In this document: in pieces, positions 38,668-51,470 of the stretch
Position numbering within the stretch: the first letter of the stretch is position 1
How the letters are laid out: the number at the start of each line of letters is the position of its first letter
NCBI RefSeq assembly: GCF_037042905.1
Contig: NC_087263.1
Location: 12,960,001 to 13,024,000, forward strand
DNA length: 64,000 bases
Direction of reading: 5' to 3'
Source: Lytechinus pictus
Taxonomy: Eukaryota
Made by a program: the position numbers and the translations under genes
Notes under the pieces: generated by a model
What the model was told of the DNA's origin: nothing
The model's input: the letters and a program-made list of their open reading frames with translations, nothing else
Databases searched by the model: none

Positions 38668-41600
38668 TAAAGAGGAGTCCGAACAAAATTCATGGGGGTA
38701 GGGGGGGGGGGAGAAAAAGGATAGAAAAAGAATAAAAAAGGGGTTGCTTCTAGGGATAATGAAGAATAGGAAGGACTTGTCTCGTCCGTTTTTCAAGGGG
38801 GGGGGGGGGTCACAATTATTGTGACATCAACTTCTTCAATCATTTGTATTTTTGTTTCATAAACTGTGGCTTGTTTTAATAAGATGTAGATCTAGATACA
38901 AGTGCTGTTTAGTGCAAGCCTGCAAGGTACATTTGCTGTGTACAATTTTTTAATAAAGTTCTGCAAAGAAAGATGTTTCAGATTCTGTCTACCATGAGAA
39001 CAGAATGTTGCTGGTCAAAGACAATCCCAGAGATGCCAACCGTTACGGAATTGTCAGATAAGAAATAACAATGTGAATAACCAAACAGCTGAACCAAATG
39101 TTTTTTAACGAGGCAACACATGTTAACAATTTTTTTTGCTCAGTCATTCAAGTAGGAAGCGAACACAGAATTTACACTAGAAGACGCCGTTAATATTCCA
39201 TAAGGGTTGGCAACTCTGCCATGGACCATTATTATAACAAAAGGAAAAGGTCTCAACTCTCGGAATGAAACGTAGCAATTGACATAAATTTACATTGTAT
39301 GTTTTTTAAATGCAGAGCATAAAATATTCAATGAAACGAGTGGTCTGATGTGGATAGCATATGAAATTATGTAGATGGGTGTCTAAATGTACCTTTACAG
39401 TGAGGATGTAAAATTTGTTGAAGATCTGTTATACAGGTACATGGGTTTTGAATGTCAAAAAGTCTTACAAAGAGGTATGATTGATCCAATCAATCGTAAC
39501 TCTTTGGAAATCCATCAGTGTCATAATTTTTTTCTACAGGAAATTTGCACAATGTCCTTTGGAAACAGATCGAGAAGCACAGCGACTTTTCAAGAAAACA
39601 ATGAATGCAATACACATCATAGAAAATATTTTGAACAAACATGCATTGTGTAGATGTTGACGTTGCTGGCCATCCATAGTTGCGATTGATCGGATCAATT
39701 GCAACTCTTCGTAAGACGGGGCCGTGGTGTATGTCCAGACACCTTTGTATAGCTTGATAGCTTGACTGAACAAAATATTTTCATTAAATAACGATCAGTT
39801 ATCATAAATAGACTCTATATGAGCCTTATAATTCTCTAATAAATCAAACTGATCTAGTGAATATAAGCTTGTAGACTTTGTCATATTGTTGTTAAATGTG
39901 TTTTGACATGTATGTACATGTAGGTGTGATGATGTGTACATTATGTACATTTGGGGCATTGAAAATCCGATCATTGCTCATTGAGTATACATAATGTCTG
40001 AATCCATTGTATGTAAATCCTCCAAAGTGTGCCTATTTGCAGGGGTAGACAATAGAATATCAGCCTTGCAAAGTCTTCAGTTTGGCCCCCTCTCCCTTTG
40101 TCTGCCCTTCTGTTGTGAATTTACCGCTATTGATCTGTTACAGGACCGAACAAAGGGAATCTAGCTCATGCTGTCAAATGCTATTCAAGGCTCAGTCAAT
40201 ATTTCCTATTCTGTCTGTGCGCTGCTATTGTGAACACACCACCACAACAGTGAATAGGGAGGACCAACATGTCAATAATTGATAATCCAGGCCTCAATGA
40301 CTCATTGCATTATTAATCACTGTGGAGCTGATGTACATCTGTGCACCATCTGTGTTGGGCTTATGTATTATTTGGCTGCATGTGCATATGCAGCAAATTT
40401 TATTTTTATTATTTTGTGGGCTACATGTTGTACTCTGCACAACCTCCTGGCTATAAAATCTGCAGCATTAGATAAGCTTTTAGCATAACAGTGAGGGGGG
40501 CGGGGGATTTCCCTGGGTGTTTGAGTATTTTTGGGGTGAATCACACATCACACATGTACAGTGTATGTAGATGTACATGTATTAATGTCCCCGAAAGTTT
40601 ATATTTATCACCTTGAAGCAGCACTTACACTGTATGTAATAATCCGGAAGAAGAGAGAAATATCCCCAAAATTCAACATGTACATGTAGGCCTACACTAA
40701 AACTCTTATGGGGCGTTGCAAGAAACTTGCGATCAATTGCAAGTCTATTTTCGTTCCCGAAATCAAGCATACATGTATGCCGTGCAATTAATTGCAAATT
40801 TGCGATTGATTGCTAATCTGCTTCATGAAACAAGGAGTGTAATCTGATTTGTTAAAGTTAGAAGTGATCAATCAACTGTGATATTGCAACACAATATTTG
40901 CGATTGATTGCAAATATTTTTTAGAGCTGAGCCTACGTACTGTACATAGCACACTTTAAACATAGGTTTGGCTTTGCATACATGAACAGTGTAGTAACTA
41001 TTCAGATGCTGGTACATGTAATAGGCTTTAACATCCAGACTTCTTTTTTATGCCTACTGCGGGGGGGGGGGGGGGGGGACTACATGTCAATAATGTAGGT
41101 ATTTTTTATAGGCTTGGTGGGACTGGGAAATACTTAGTTTTTGAGAGATCAGTGTAATTTTTAATCATAAGCTCCCTGCCAAAATCTTCTTTTTTTTTTT
41201 TGGGGGGGGGAAAGGAGGTTAACCCATTTTGGAATTTGGAGGATTATTTTCACTACTTTCAATGGGTTTTTTCCCAACCATTTTTAAGGATCGATCTCAC
41301 TACTCTTAAGTGGTATTGTTCACTCCTATTGAGGATTATTTTCACCTCTCTTGAGGGGTTTTTAACCCTATTGAGTATTCTTTGTACCCCTTACAATGAA
41401 GAGGTGAGGAGTGTGCAAACATCAAGGGCTTAGCGGCTGGTTAGGATGACTTTGGGCCTGTATGAATGATGTCTGCTGACTGCTTCAAACGTATATATGT
41501 GAATTCCCACTAAGAATCTTTTGACTCAAAGCTCCATGTTGAAATTCAGATGTGAAAGCACTTTGGCTGGAAAAGAGTTAGTTCCAGAGTGTAAAAAACA

Positions 41601-44345
41601 TCAATTAGTGTGATTTCTTGGGATGTTTGGTCTCTTGAGGAAAGGGGGGGGGGGGGGCTAGATGACCCTCTCCCCAAGGGCTGCCCCCCCCCCCTTGCCA
41701 CCATAACTGGTGTGTTGGCTCAGTTAGTAGAGCGTCCATCTCACAACTTGGAGGTCAGGAGTTCAAGCCCCGACCACGTCAGAAGAAAAGACATTAAAAG
41801 ATGAGAGTTGCTGCTACCATGTTTTGCGTTCAAGGGATAAAGCAACATCGATTTGCTTTGCTCAGTGGCTGCAGGGCCTACAATTAATTGGGCAAAAGAA
41901 TTTTCAGATGATTTCTATAATAAGCGATTTCTGTTGCGAACAGTAAAATACAGATTTTCTTTTTGTTTTCATGATTGAGATGATATTTATTAAAAACAAC
42001 AATTCTTGCATCGATTCCTCACTCTATATAAGCTTCTGGTCAGTCCAGATCCCAGTTTGACACAATTTATCCCTTCATGTGCGGTTGTGATGTATGCATC
42101 TCAACAAGATTTCACTTTCACAAAATTTTGTGAGAAGCTATAGCTGTCCTGGCCCAAAGACTTCCATGTACATGTGTATTTCTCACTGTCTATGCTATCC
42201 CAGTTGAGAAAACAAATATGATATATGTACATGTAATAAAAACATGTACATGCCAATGATGCCATCGTCTACCCCCCCCCCCCCCACCTTCCATCAAGAT
42301 ATCCCAATATCCTCAAGATACAAATGTACCCTTGAACCACCGCAGCCTCTTTTTTTTTGGTGTTATTATTTAACAAATTTGAAATTGAGTTTTACAGAGA
42401 TCAATGAACATTTGTGGGCACAACAAGGAAGATAGTTATCAGGTTGTGTTATTTTTTATTTAAAGCATATTTCATTATTTTTTTTCTTTACCGCAGCAGA
42501 TATAATTTTGATGTCCATTCAGTGAGTCAAACTTAATTTTCCACAAGAATGTGCCTCAAGGAATGTGTGCGTGGTACCTTTGCTTTGTTATCAAATATAA
42601 ATTGACTTCAGCATTGATACCACAGATTGCATGCCTACTGCTTTCGGCAAGAAAACATAAAATAAGTGATTTCAGACCTTGAAAATCGAAAATATCTCTG
42701 GTATTTTCCAATCAGGAAATCTACCTCAAAAGTACATTATATATATACCCTGAGTTCCTTTGAAAATACTGGACCAGAAACATGTACTATGTAAGTGTTT
42801 CCTAAGACTGTTCATAACTTAAAGCGAAGTAACAACTGATTTACCTTTCATGTGGTAAATGATATACCAAATCTTCAGTGAAGTGCCTAAGAAAGGATCG
42901 CCATTTGTTCATAAAGTCAGTTGTAACTTACGAACATGAAACACATGCATGTACCTGGTATGTTTGGAATTGATAGCAAATTGATATTCCTAAAAGAAAA
43001 TAGCTGTCATTAGTGAGTCACATTTATAAATTATATGTACAAGAACTTTCTTTATTGCAGGTATTTTTATCTTAATCCCCACAAAATAAATGTTAGGAAG
43101 GCCTCTTCAGGCCTCAGATTGATTTGTGTGGGGAGGTACATAGGAAAATGCCCCCCCCCCCCAAAAAAAAAGGAGGGGGGAGGATGTGAAAGTGAAAGAA
43201 CATTTCACGAAATGGGAATCTTCAGCAATGTTTGCATTCATGAACATTTTGGATCTAGTGTAGTGTAGGCCTATATGTACATGTAGATGTCTATAATTTT
43301 CTTCATTCATGGGATTGTATAATTGTGAAGGACTACACTTTAGTTCCTGAAAGATCAGACATTCTTGATAGTTTCTACCAGCCATATAATGGCTGTACAA
43401 GCTTTTTGGACAATACCTGATCCCCAGGTAGGTTACTTTAAGGATTAGACTTTATATCAAGGAAAAGAATGAGTGATTATTCACTCCTGCATTGTGTCAT
43501 TCAGAACAGGACAAAGGATTGTAAACTGATAGTAATGTACTAGTCTGCAGGCACAGACCCTGATTGAAACTTTGATCAGAAAGTGTGTCTCCATGCAAAG
43601 ACTAGCACATACAAAACTTGCTGTTTCAATTCAGGGTGAGAGGGCCTTCAGTACACGAGGCATGAGTAGGCTGCACATTTAGACCCTTAACTCGAGTGAA
43701 GGGTTTGCACAGCAGACTAGTACTGTACTTGGTGCCAGGACTTGGTGTGTGTTCAAGCGATTTCCTTTTGCTACTTGTACTGTACATGTAGTTCACCAAC
43801 TGATTATCAAAATCAACACAGGAATGTACATTTATGCACAGCACTCAAGTAATATCTCCTCCAGCGGTTGTCTCTTCAAACCCAGGCCTTTTGACCAAGG
43901 AAATACATCTCAACATTAATTCTCTCTTTTATAGACCTTTGACCTACTGTACAGCTAGGAAGTACCGTAGTCATACGTATAGTACATGTAGGTCAAACTA
44001 GAAATGTTGTAGATAATGTTCAGGTCCAATTTTATAGTGTACATAATAATAATAGGCCTAATCATATTTCTCCCAGACTCCAGCGCAGCCACTGCAATTT
44101 TGGGAAAAGTTTTCTCCCAGTGGGTCCAGCTTTAACATGTTTACACTTTATGCAATTACAAGGAAATATCAAAGAATACCATTTTTTTCAAAGTGTTATC
44201 ATGAAGCTTCAGAGACATTGTATTTTTCAATTCATATCAAAACAACTGTACACAAACTTTGAATTAGAGAAATCTCTGCTTTTCCCTTTCCTAATCTTGC
44301 CCCCTCTTTCTCTTAATTTTTGTCCTTATTGAATATTCTATCCAG

Positions 44346-44818
44346 AGCTTTTTATTAGAGGACGATGTAGGAGGCATCACCATGACCGGCCGTAGATGCC
44401 GCAAGTCCCATTCTCCGCCAGGCGTCACCCCAAACCAGGGCAACCATAACAACAACAACAACTGCATCTCCCGCATCAAAGGTTTGTCCCTGAAAGGTTC
44501 TTCCTGGAACCCTTCGACCCTGGTGAAACCCAAAAGACACTCCCAGCCCATCAACAGTTCAACCTTTGATTCTCTACCTCTCCCTTCCGGACCGGACTGG
44601 CTCTTCTACGCAGTCATCGCTGCAGTGAGTTTTGCAGTGTTCTCCAATGCCTTACGCGGCGACTTTGTCCACGATGATGTCTTTGCCATCAAGAACAACA
44701 AGGACCTGCTGCCCTCGACCCCTCTGTCGAAGGTCTTCCAGAATGACTTCTGGGGCAAGTCGATGAGTGACAACACAAGCCATAAGTCCTACAGGCCCCT
44801 CTGTGTTCTTACATTTAG
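44346..44818 (+). CDS. TMTC1: TMTC1-like O-mannosyltransferase exon (ATG 44382; TM1, GDFVHDD motif, [19 protein letters not shown])
   Basis: Acceptor TATCCAG at 44345, donor AG|GTAAGG at 44819 (phase 2). FVHDD, NDFWG and [12 protein letters not shown] are hallmark TMTC-family N-terminal motifs. Confidence 0.93.
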
Positions 44819-45133
44819 GTAAGGATTTTTTTAAAATCAACCTTGAGGGAGAAATCAACTATTTTGCTTGCAGAATCTTAAAGCCCATAATCGTGGATAA
44901 GGGCAATGTCATTCTTTTGAAGAGCACATTTTATATCTAAAGCCATGGCATTTATTGCCCAACTTATTCGCCTCAATGCCGCTCTCACTGGCTTTGGGTA
45001 TTCTTGGTGCCCTTGGATACATATTCCCATTTGTACTGTAATGTGCCTTGTAATATAAAAAAGTGGCCTTATTAAAAAAGATATTGAAATTTATGCCCTA
45101 CTGTAGGTGCCCATCACTTTTCGTACATAACTA

Positions 45134-47400
45134 TGAGGCGCCGATTGTACCAATATTATATAGAACAATTATTTGTTATACAATCATTATTTATAAAATA
45201 ATAACTATTATTTATATATAATTTACATTTTATTTGTAAATAATTACTATTATATAAAATAACATTTCTAATTATTTATATATAATTCCAAGTAATACTT
45301 CATTATTTGTAAATAATAATAGTTCGACATTCCATTATTTATAAATAATGATTATTTGTTTTTCATTATTTATAAATAATGATTATTTGATTTTCATTAT
45401 TTATAAATAATGATTATTTGTTTTTCATTATTTATAAATAATGATTATTTGTTTTTCATTATTTATAAATAATTTTTATTTGTTTTTCATTATTTATAAA
45501 TAATGATTATTTGTTTTTCATTATTTATAAATAATGATTATTTGTTTTTCATTATTTATAAATAATGATTATTTGTTTTTCATTATTTATAAATAATGAT
45601 TATTTGTCTTTTATTATTTATAAATAATGATTTTCGTTTTTCATTATTTGTAAATAATGACACTATATACTTCATTATTTATAAATAATTGCAATTCGTT
45701 TTTCCATTATTTATGAATAAGTTTTCTATTATTTATAAATAATAATTATTTATTAACAATGCCAGTGCACATTTCTTTATTTATAAATAATTTGTTGAGT
45801 TTCCCATTATTTATAAATAATGATTATTTGTTAAATAATGAAAACGTCTACTTCATTATTTATAAATAATTTTTTCGAGTGCGCCATTATTTTCATTATT
45901 TATAAATAATCATTATTTAATGTTCGAGTTTTCCATTATTTATAAATAAAGATTATTTGTTAAATAATGAAATATCTACTTCATTATTTATAAATAATAA
46001 TTTTGTTTCAATATCCCATTATTTATAAATAATCATTATTTATAAAAAAAATTTACAGTTTGCCATTATATACAAATAATCATTATGTATATACAAATAA
46101 CCATTATTTATTAAATAATGGAAAACTCGCTATAACATGCAAATGTGGGACCGCCCATGATATGAATATTCATGATGCGATTTCCTTTTTCGTGATTTTT
46201 CTTCACAAATTTTTGTCCGTTTCCTCTTCATAATGGCATTTCTTGAAGCAATTTTCTAGGGATATGGTCTGATTGTAATATTCTTCATTTTCTATATAAC
46301 TTCGTCTTCGTAGAAATATCAAAAAGTGTAATTTTATACGATTTTTCCTACAGTTCACAATCCCCGCAGGCGCGCGTGTATTTCACCTTTTTTCTCTGAT
46401 CGTAGGAACAACCCAAGGGTTCATTACATGTTGTCGCGCACAGAAAAATTAAGCCATAGAAGTTGCGTGTTGTGGACACCAGAAGTGAGATCCCAGCACG
46501 CGAGACCCACTTGTTAGAAATCCACTGAAAAATGCGGTTCATGGTGCGACCTTAGTATACGGTACCTCGCAATACGTGTGAGTGGGAACAACCGGTGAAT
46601 CGACGAAGTGCTCTTCATCGAAATATTACGTTGGTTGGTCCCCGGAACTGTCGGGCGGAATTTAGCCCGAAATCCGGATCCTTAATGGAAGTGGATCAAG
46701 TGCATATGAGCTGAGTGTAAGTGCATCAGGCCCTTCTACTTTCTATAATTTTTTGTTTTTTTGTTTTTGTTAAGTTAATTTTTCCCCAAAATGCTCACAA
46801 CGACACTACGGGGGCATGATGACCCCTAAATTTTTGAAAAACTTATTTTTCTATTGAAAATTATCACAAAATTCACCAAAAGTGTGCACGAAAGCCTTCA
46901 TATTTCACTTTTAAAACTCCAAAAAGTGCCCAAATGACAAGCTTGGTCGCTTCGCTGTGTCGCTTTCAACTTGAGAACGAGTTTACACGCATGCTCCCCC
47001 CCCCGAAAGAAATTATGTGTACGGCCATGCTCAAAAGAGCCTGGTACATCGATTTATATATACTTTTCATTTTCATTATTTTTAAAAAAATTTTCTCATT
47101 ATCACCATTGCCTCACGCAGAATTTTTTCAGGGGGGGGGGGGCATGACGCGCGTAAACTTTCTAAAAAAAAACCTTGAAAGCGAGACAACCACGCGACCA
47201 AGCCAAAATGACAAGCTTGGTCGCTTCGCTGTCTCGCTTTCAACTTGAGAACGTTTACGCGCGTCTGCCCCCATCTCCTGAAAGAAATTCTTTTCAATTT
47301 CATTATTTTTATCTCATTATCACTATGGCCTTACGCAGAAATTTCCGGGGGGGGGGGGGGAGCATGACGCGCGTAAACTTTCTAAAAAAAAATCTTCCCC

Positions 47401-47436
<36 letters not shown>

Positions 47437-49330
47437 CGGAAAAAAATTCTGCATAAGGCCATGATGATAATGTGATAAAAATAATGAAAATGAAAAGTAT
47501 ATATAAATCAATGGTGCCATATGCTCTTTTTTAGCATGGCCGTTCACAGAATTTCTTTCGGGAGATGGGGGCAGACGCGCGTAAACGCTCTCAAGTTGAA
47601 AGCGAGACAGCGAAGCGACCAAGCTTGTCATTTGGGCACTTTTTGGAGTTTTAAAAGTGAAATATGAAGGCTTTCGTGCACACTTTTGGTGAATTTTGTG
47701 ATAATTTTCAATAGAAAAATAAGTTTTTCAAAAATTTAGGGGTCATCATGCCCCCGTATTGTCGTTGTGAGCATTTTGGGGAAAAATTAACTTAACAAAA
47801 ACAAAAAAACAAAAAATTATAGAAAGTAGAAGGGCCTGATGCACTTACACTCAGCTCATATGCACTTGATCCACTTCCATTAAGGATCCGGATTTCGGGC
47901 TAAATTCCGCCCGACAGTTCCGGGGACCAACCAACGTAATATTTCGATGAAGAGCATTTCGTCGATTCACCGGTTGTTCCCACTCACACGTATTGCGAGG
48001 TACCGTATACTAAGGTCGCACCATGAACCACATTTTTCAGTGGATTTCTAACAAGTGGGTCTCGCGTGCTGGGATCTCACTTCTGGTGTCCACAACACGC
48101 AACTTCTATGGCTTAATTTTTCTGTGCGCGACAACATGTAATGAACCCTTGGGTTGTTCCTACATGTACGATCAGAGAGAAAAGGTGAAATACACGCGCG
48201 CCTGCGGGGATTGTGAACTGTAGGAAAAATCGTATAAAATTACACTTTTTGATATTTCTACGAAGACGAAGTTATATAGAAAATGAAGAATATTACAATA
48301 AGACCATATCCCTAGAAAATTGCTTCAAGAAATGCCATTATGAAGAGGAAACGGACAAAATTTTGTGAAGAAAAATCACGAAAAAGGAAATCGCATCATG
48401 AATATTCATATCATGGGCGGTCCCACATTTGCATGTTATAGCGAGTTTTCCATTATTTAATAAATAATGGTTATTTGTATATAAATAATGATTATTTGTA
48501 TATAATGGCAAACTGTAAAAATTGTTTATAAATAATGATTATTTATAAATAATGGGATATTGAAACAAAATTATTATTTATAAATAATGAAATAGATATT
48601 TCATTATTTAACAAATAATCTTTATTTCTAAATAATGGAAAACTCGAACATTAAATAAAGATTATTTATAAATAATGAAAATAATGGCGCACTTGAAAAT
48701 TTTTTTTATAAATAATGGGAAACTCAACAAATAATTTATAAATAAAGAAATGTGCACTGGCATTGTTAATAAATAATTATTATTTATAAATAATAGAGAA
48801 CTTATTTTAATATAAATAATGGAAAAACAAATTGCAATTATTTATAAATAATGAAGTATGTAGTGTCATTATTTATAAATAATGAAAAACGAAAATCATT
48901 ATTTATAAATAATAAAAGACAAATAATCATTATTTATAAATAATGAAAAACAAATAATCATTATTTATAAATAATGAAAAACAAATAATCATTATTTATA
49001 AATAATGAAAAACAAATAATCATTATTTATAAATAATGAAAAACAAATAAAAATTATTTATAAATAATGAAAAACAAATAATCATTATTTATAAATAATG
49101 AAAAACAAATAATCATTATTTATAAATAATGGAATGTCGAACTATTATTATTTACAAATAATGAAGTATTACTTGGAATTATATATGAATAATTAGAAAT
49201 GTTATTTTATATAATAGTAATTATTTACAAATAAAATGTAAATTATATATAAATAATAGTTATTATTTAATAAATAATGATTATATAACAAATAATTGTT
49301 CTATATAATATTGGTACAATCGGCGTCTCA
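45134..49330. mobile_element. 4.2-kb foldback (TU/FB-like) non-autonomous element with ~1.8-2 kb inverted arms
   Basis: Starts TGAGGCGCCGATTGTACC and ends GGTACAATCGGCGTCTCA, with TA on both sides. Arms are near-identical reverse complements. Outer domains are 31-bp tandem repeats. No transposase ORF. Confidence 0.9.
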
Positions 49331-50205
49331 TACTTAACAGGAGGAATACCTGACTTACATGTATAGTTACAGTAGCCATTTGAAAAAAGCTATTTTGAAC
49401 ATTGATCACTTCCACATGTATTGAGTTGTGTTTGACAATATGCACTGTTTTCTGAAAGAATTTTGAACCATTGTATTCGATCAAGATCATTGCTTGGTGT
49501 TCATGCTTCATTATTACCGTAACAATTCATTGTTAGGGTCGATTTCATCGGAATTTATTTCATGGTAAATATTGACATTTTGAAATGTAAACTAGTACAC
49601 TGGTTGAGTCATGTGTTTGTTTGCCATATTAAAACTATTATAAAGGATGTTGGATTTTTCCTATAGATTTCCTATATATTTTATTTTCACACTGTCAAAA
49701 TCTACACAGTAAAAAAATCAAAATTTGCATTGGTTCTGTGCCTTGGTTGAATATATTATACTGTATATGTTTGGAGAAACATTAAAAGGAGTTTACAATC
49801 GACATTCTAAATCACAATATACAGTAATATATAAAGATAGGAGAGGTTGCCACCAAGTTTGGCTCATATTTTGAGCAAAATATATGTTGTAGAAAATAAG
49901 CTTTAGTCATATTTGAGCCTCAAGCATTTTTGAGAGATCACTGTACACTGTAGCCAGAATGTGTAGTATAATAACAAGTGTGCATGATAGACCAACTGGT
50001 TATTTACATCTGAAACCTTGTTGGGTTTATTTTGTATTAAACTTACATAGGTTACATTCACAGATTGACCTGATGTGAAGTTCAACCCCTGTCATATCAC
50101 CTCCTGAAAGTGTATTTTCAATACGGCTGTTTGCATAATCTTCACGTTTGTAACCCCATCAAAACGTATATTAACAAAGTGAAACATTATTTTGTTCACA
50201 CACAG

Positions 50206-50383
50206 GTTGAACTATCTGATGAGCGGTTACCAACCCTACTCATATCACCTTTGGAATGTGTGTCTCCACTCAGCTGTTTGCATAATCTTTACGTTTGTAA
50301 CTCATCGAGTCGTATTTAATGATATCCGACCTGCGTTTATCAGCGGTCTTTTGTTTGCAGTCCACCCAGTGCACACTGAAGCA
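50206..50383 (+). CDS. TMTC1: TMTC1-like exon (LNYLMSG...YHLWNVCLH...LLFAVHPVHTEA)
   Basis: CACAG acceptor, GCA|GTAAGT donor, phase 2->0. LFAVHPxHTEAV is a conserved TMTC motif. Confidence 0.93.
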
Positions 50384-50420
50384 GTAAGTACTTGATGAGG
50401 AAATTTAAGTGGTATTTTAA

Positions 50421-50922
50421 AGGGGAAGTTCAGCCTGACAAAAAGTTTATTGTAAAAATAGCAGAAAAAATAATTAAAAATATTGCCGAAGGTGTTAGAA
50501 AAATCAATCAAAGAATTGAAAAGTTATTAGACTTTTAAATTTGATTTGTGATGTCACGTGCGAGCAGCTCTCTTACATATCGTATGGTAAAAAAAATCAA
50601 TGAAATGTCCTTTTCTCAGAAAATTGAAAAAATTGTTTTTACTGTACATGTACATTTTGTATCAATAGACAAATCATTTTACACCCGATCATGAAAAGAC
50701 AAGAAAAATAAGTCTTCAGGAACCATTCCAATATGAAATTCATCCGTTTTATATTACATAACATATGGGGCAGATGCTCGTTTATGACGTCACTAATTCA
50801 AAATTTAAAATTCTAATAACTTTGTTAATCTTTAACAGATTTTCCTCAAACCTTCACCAATATTTTTTATTATTTTTTCTGCTATTTTTACAACATACTT
50901 TTCTTCAGGATGAACTTCCCCT
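50421..50922. mobile_element. Kolobok/T2-type MITE (family B)
   Basis: TTAA|AGGGGAAGTTCAGCCTGA...TCAGGATGAACTTCCCCT|TTAA. Confidence 0.85.
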
Positions 50923-51069
50923 TTAAGGCATATAAAAATTTATATTAGTATTTTAATATTTTATGTATTTCATTTTTAAGTTTAAGTGGTAGTCTAAGGT
51001 ATTTCTAAACCTTTGCGATGAGAAGATTAAAGCAGTATATTAAGGTGTTTTCACCTCTTTGATGATTAA

Positions 51070-51207
51070 CTCTTTGTGCGCTGGACCATGAACCCATCTG
51101 TACTGAATTATTTTCAGGGAGGGAAACAATGCATTGTTTGTTGAGTGTGAAATGCGAAGTTCGCACGGCACCAAGTGTGCATTGGTGCGAAGTACGCGTG
51201 GAAAGGG
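51070..51207. mobile_element. piggyBac-like MITE
   Basis: TTAA|CTCTTTGTGCGC...GCGTGGAAAGGG|TTAA. Confidence 0.6.
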
Positions 51208-51470
51208 TTAAATTAATGCGGTGTCATCAAGGTGTTAAATCTCGCTGATGATGAAATTAATGCGGTATTACTCTACAATGAGGAAATTAAAGTGGTATTT
51301 TAAGGTGTTTTACACCTGTACAATGAAGAAATTTAAGTGGTATTTTAAGGTGTTTTACACCTGTACAATGAAGAAATTTAAGTGGTATTTTAGGTGTTTT
51401 TCAGCTCTATGATGAAGAAATTTGTGGTATTTTAAGGTGTTTCACACCTCTACGTTGACAAAATTTAAGT

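Noticed and set aside
45333..45660. CRISPR-like appearance of the palindromic 31-bp repeats (also the boxes at 35-36.7 kb)
   Set aside because: There are no unique spacers and no cas genes, the context is eukaryotic, and these are tandem repeats inside transposons.
46348..48223. Pair of near-identical 64/66-aa ORFs on opposite strands
   Set aside because: A by-product of the foldback palindrome, with no transposase or other recognisable motif.
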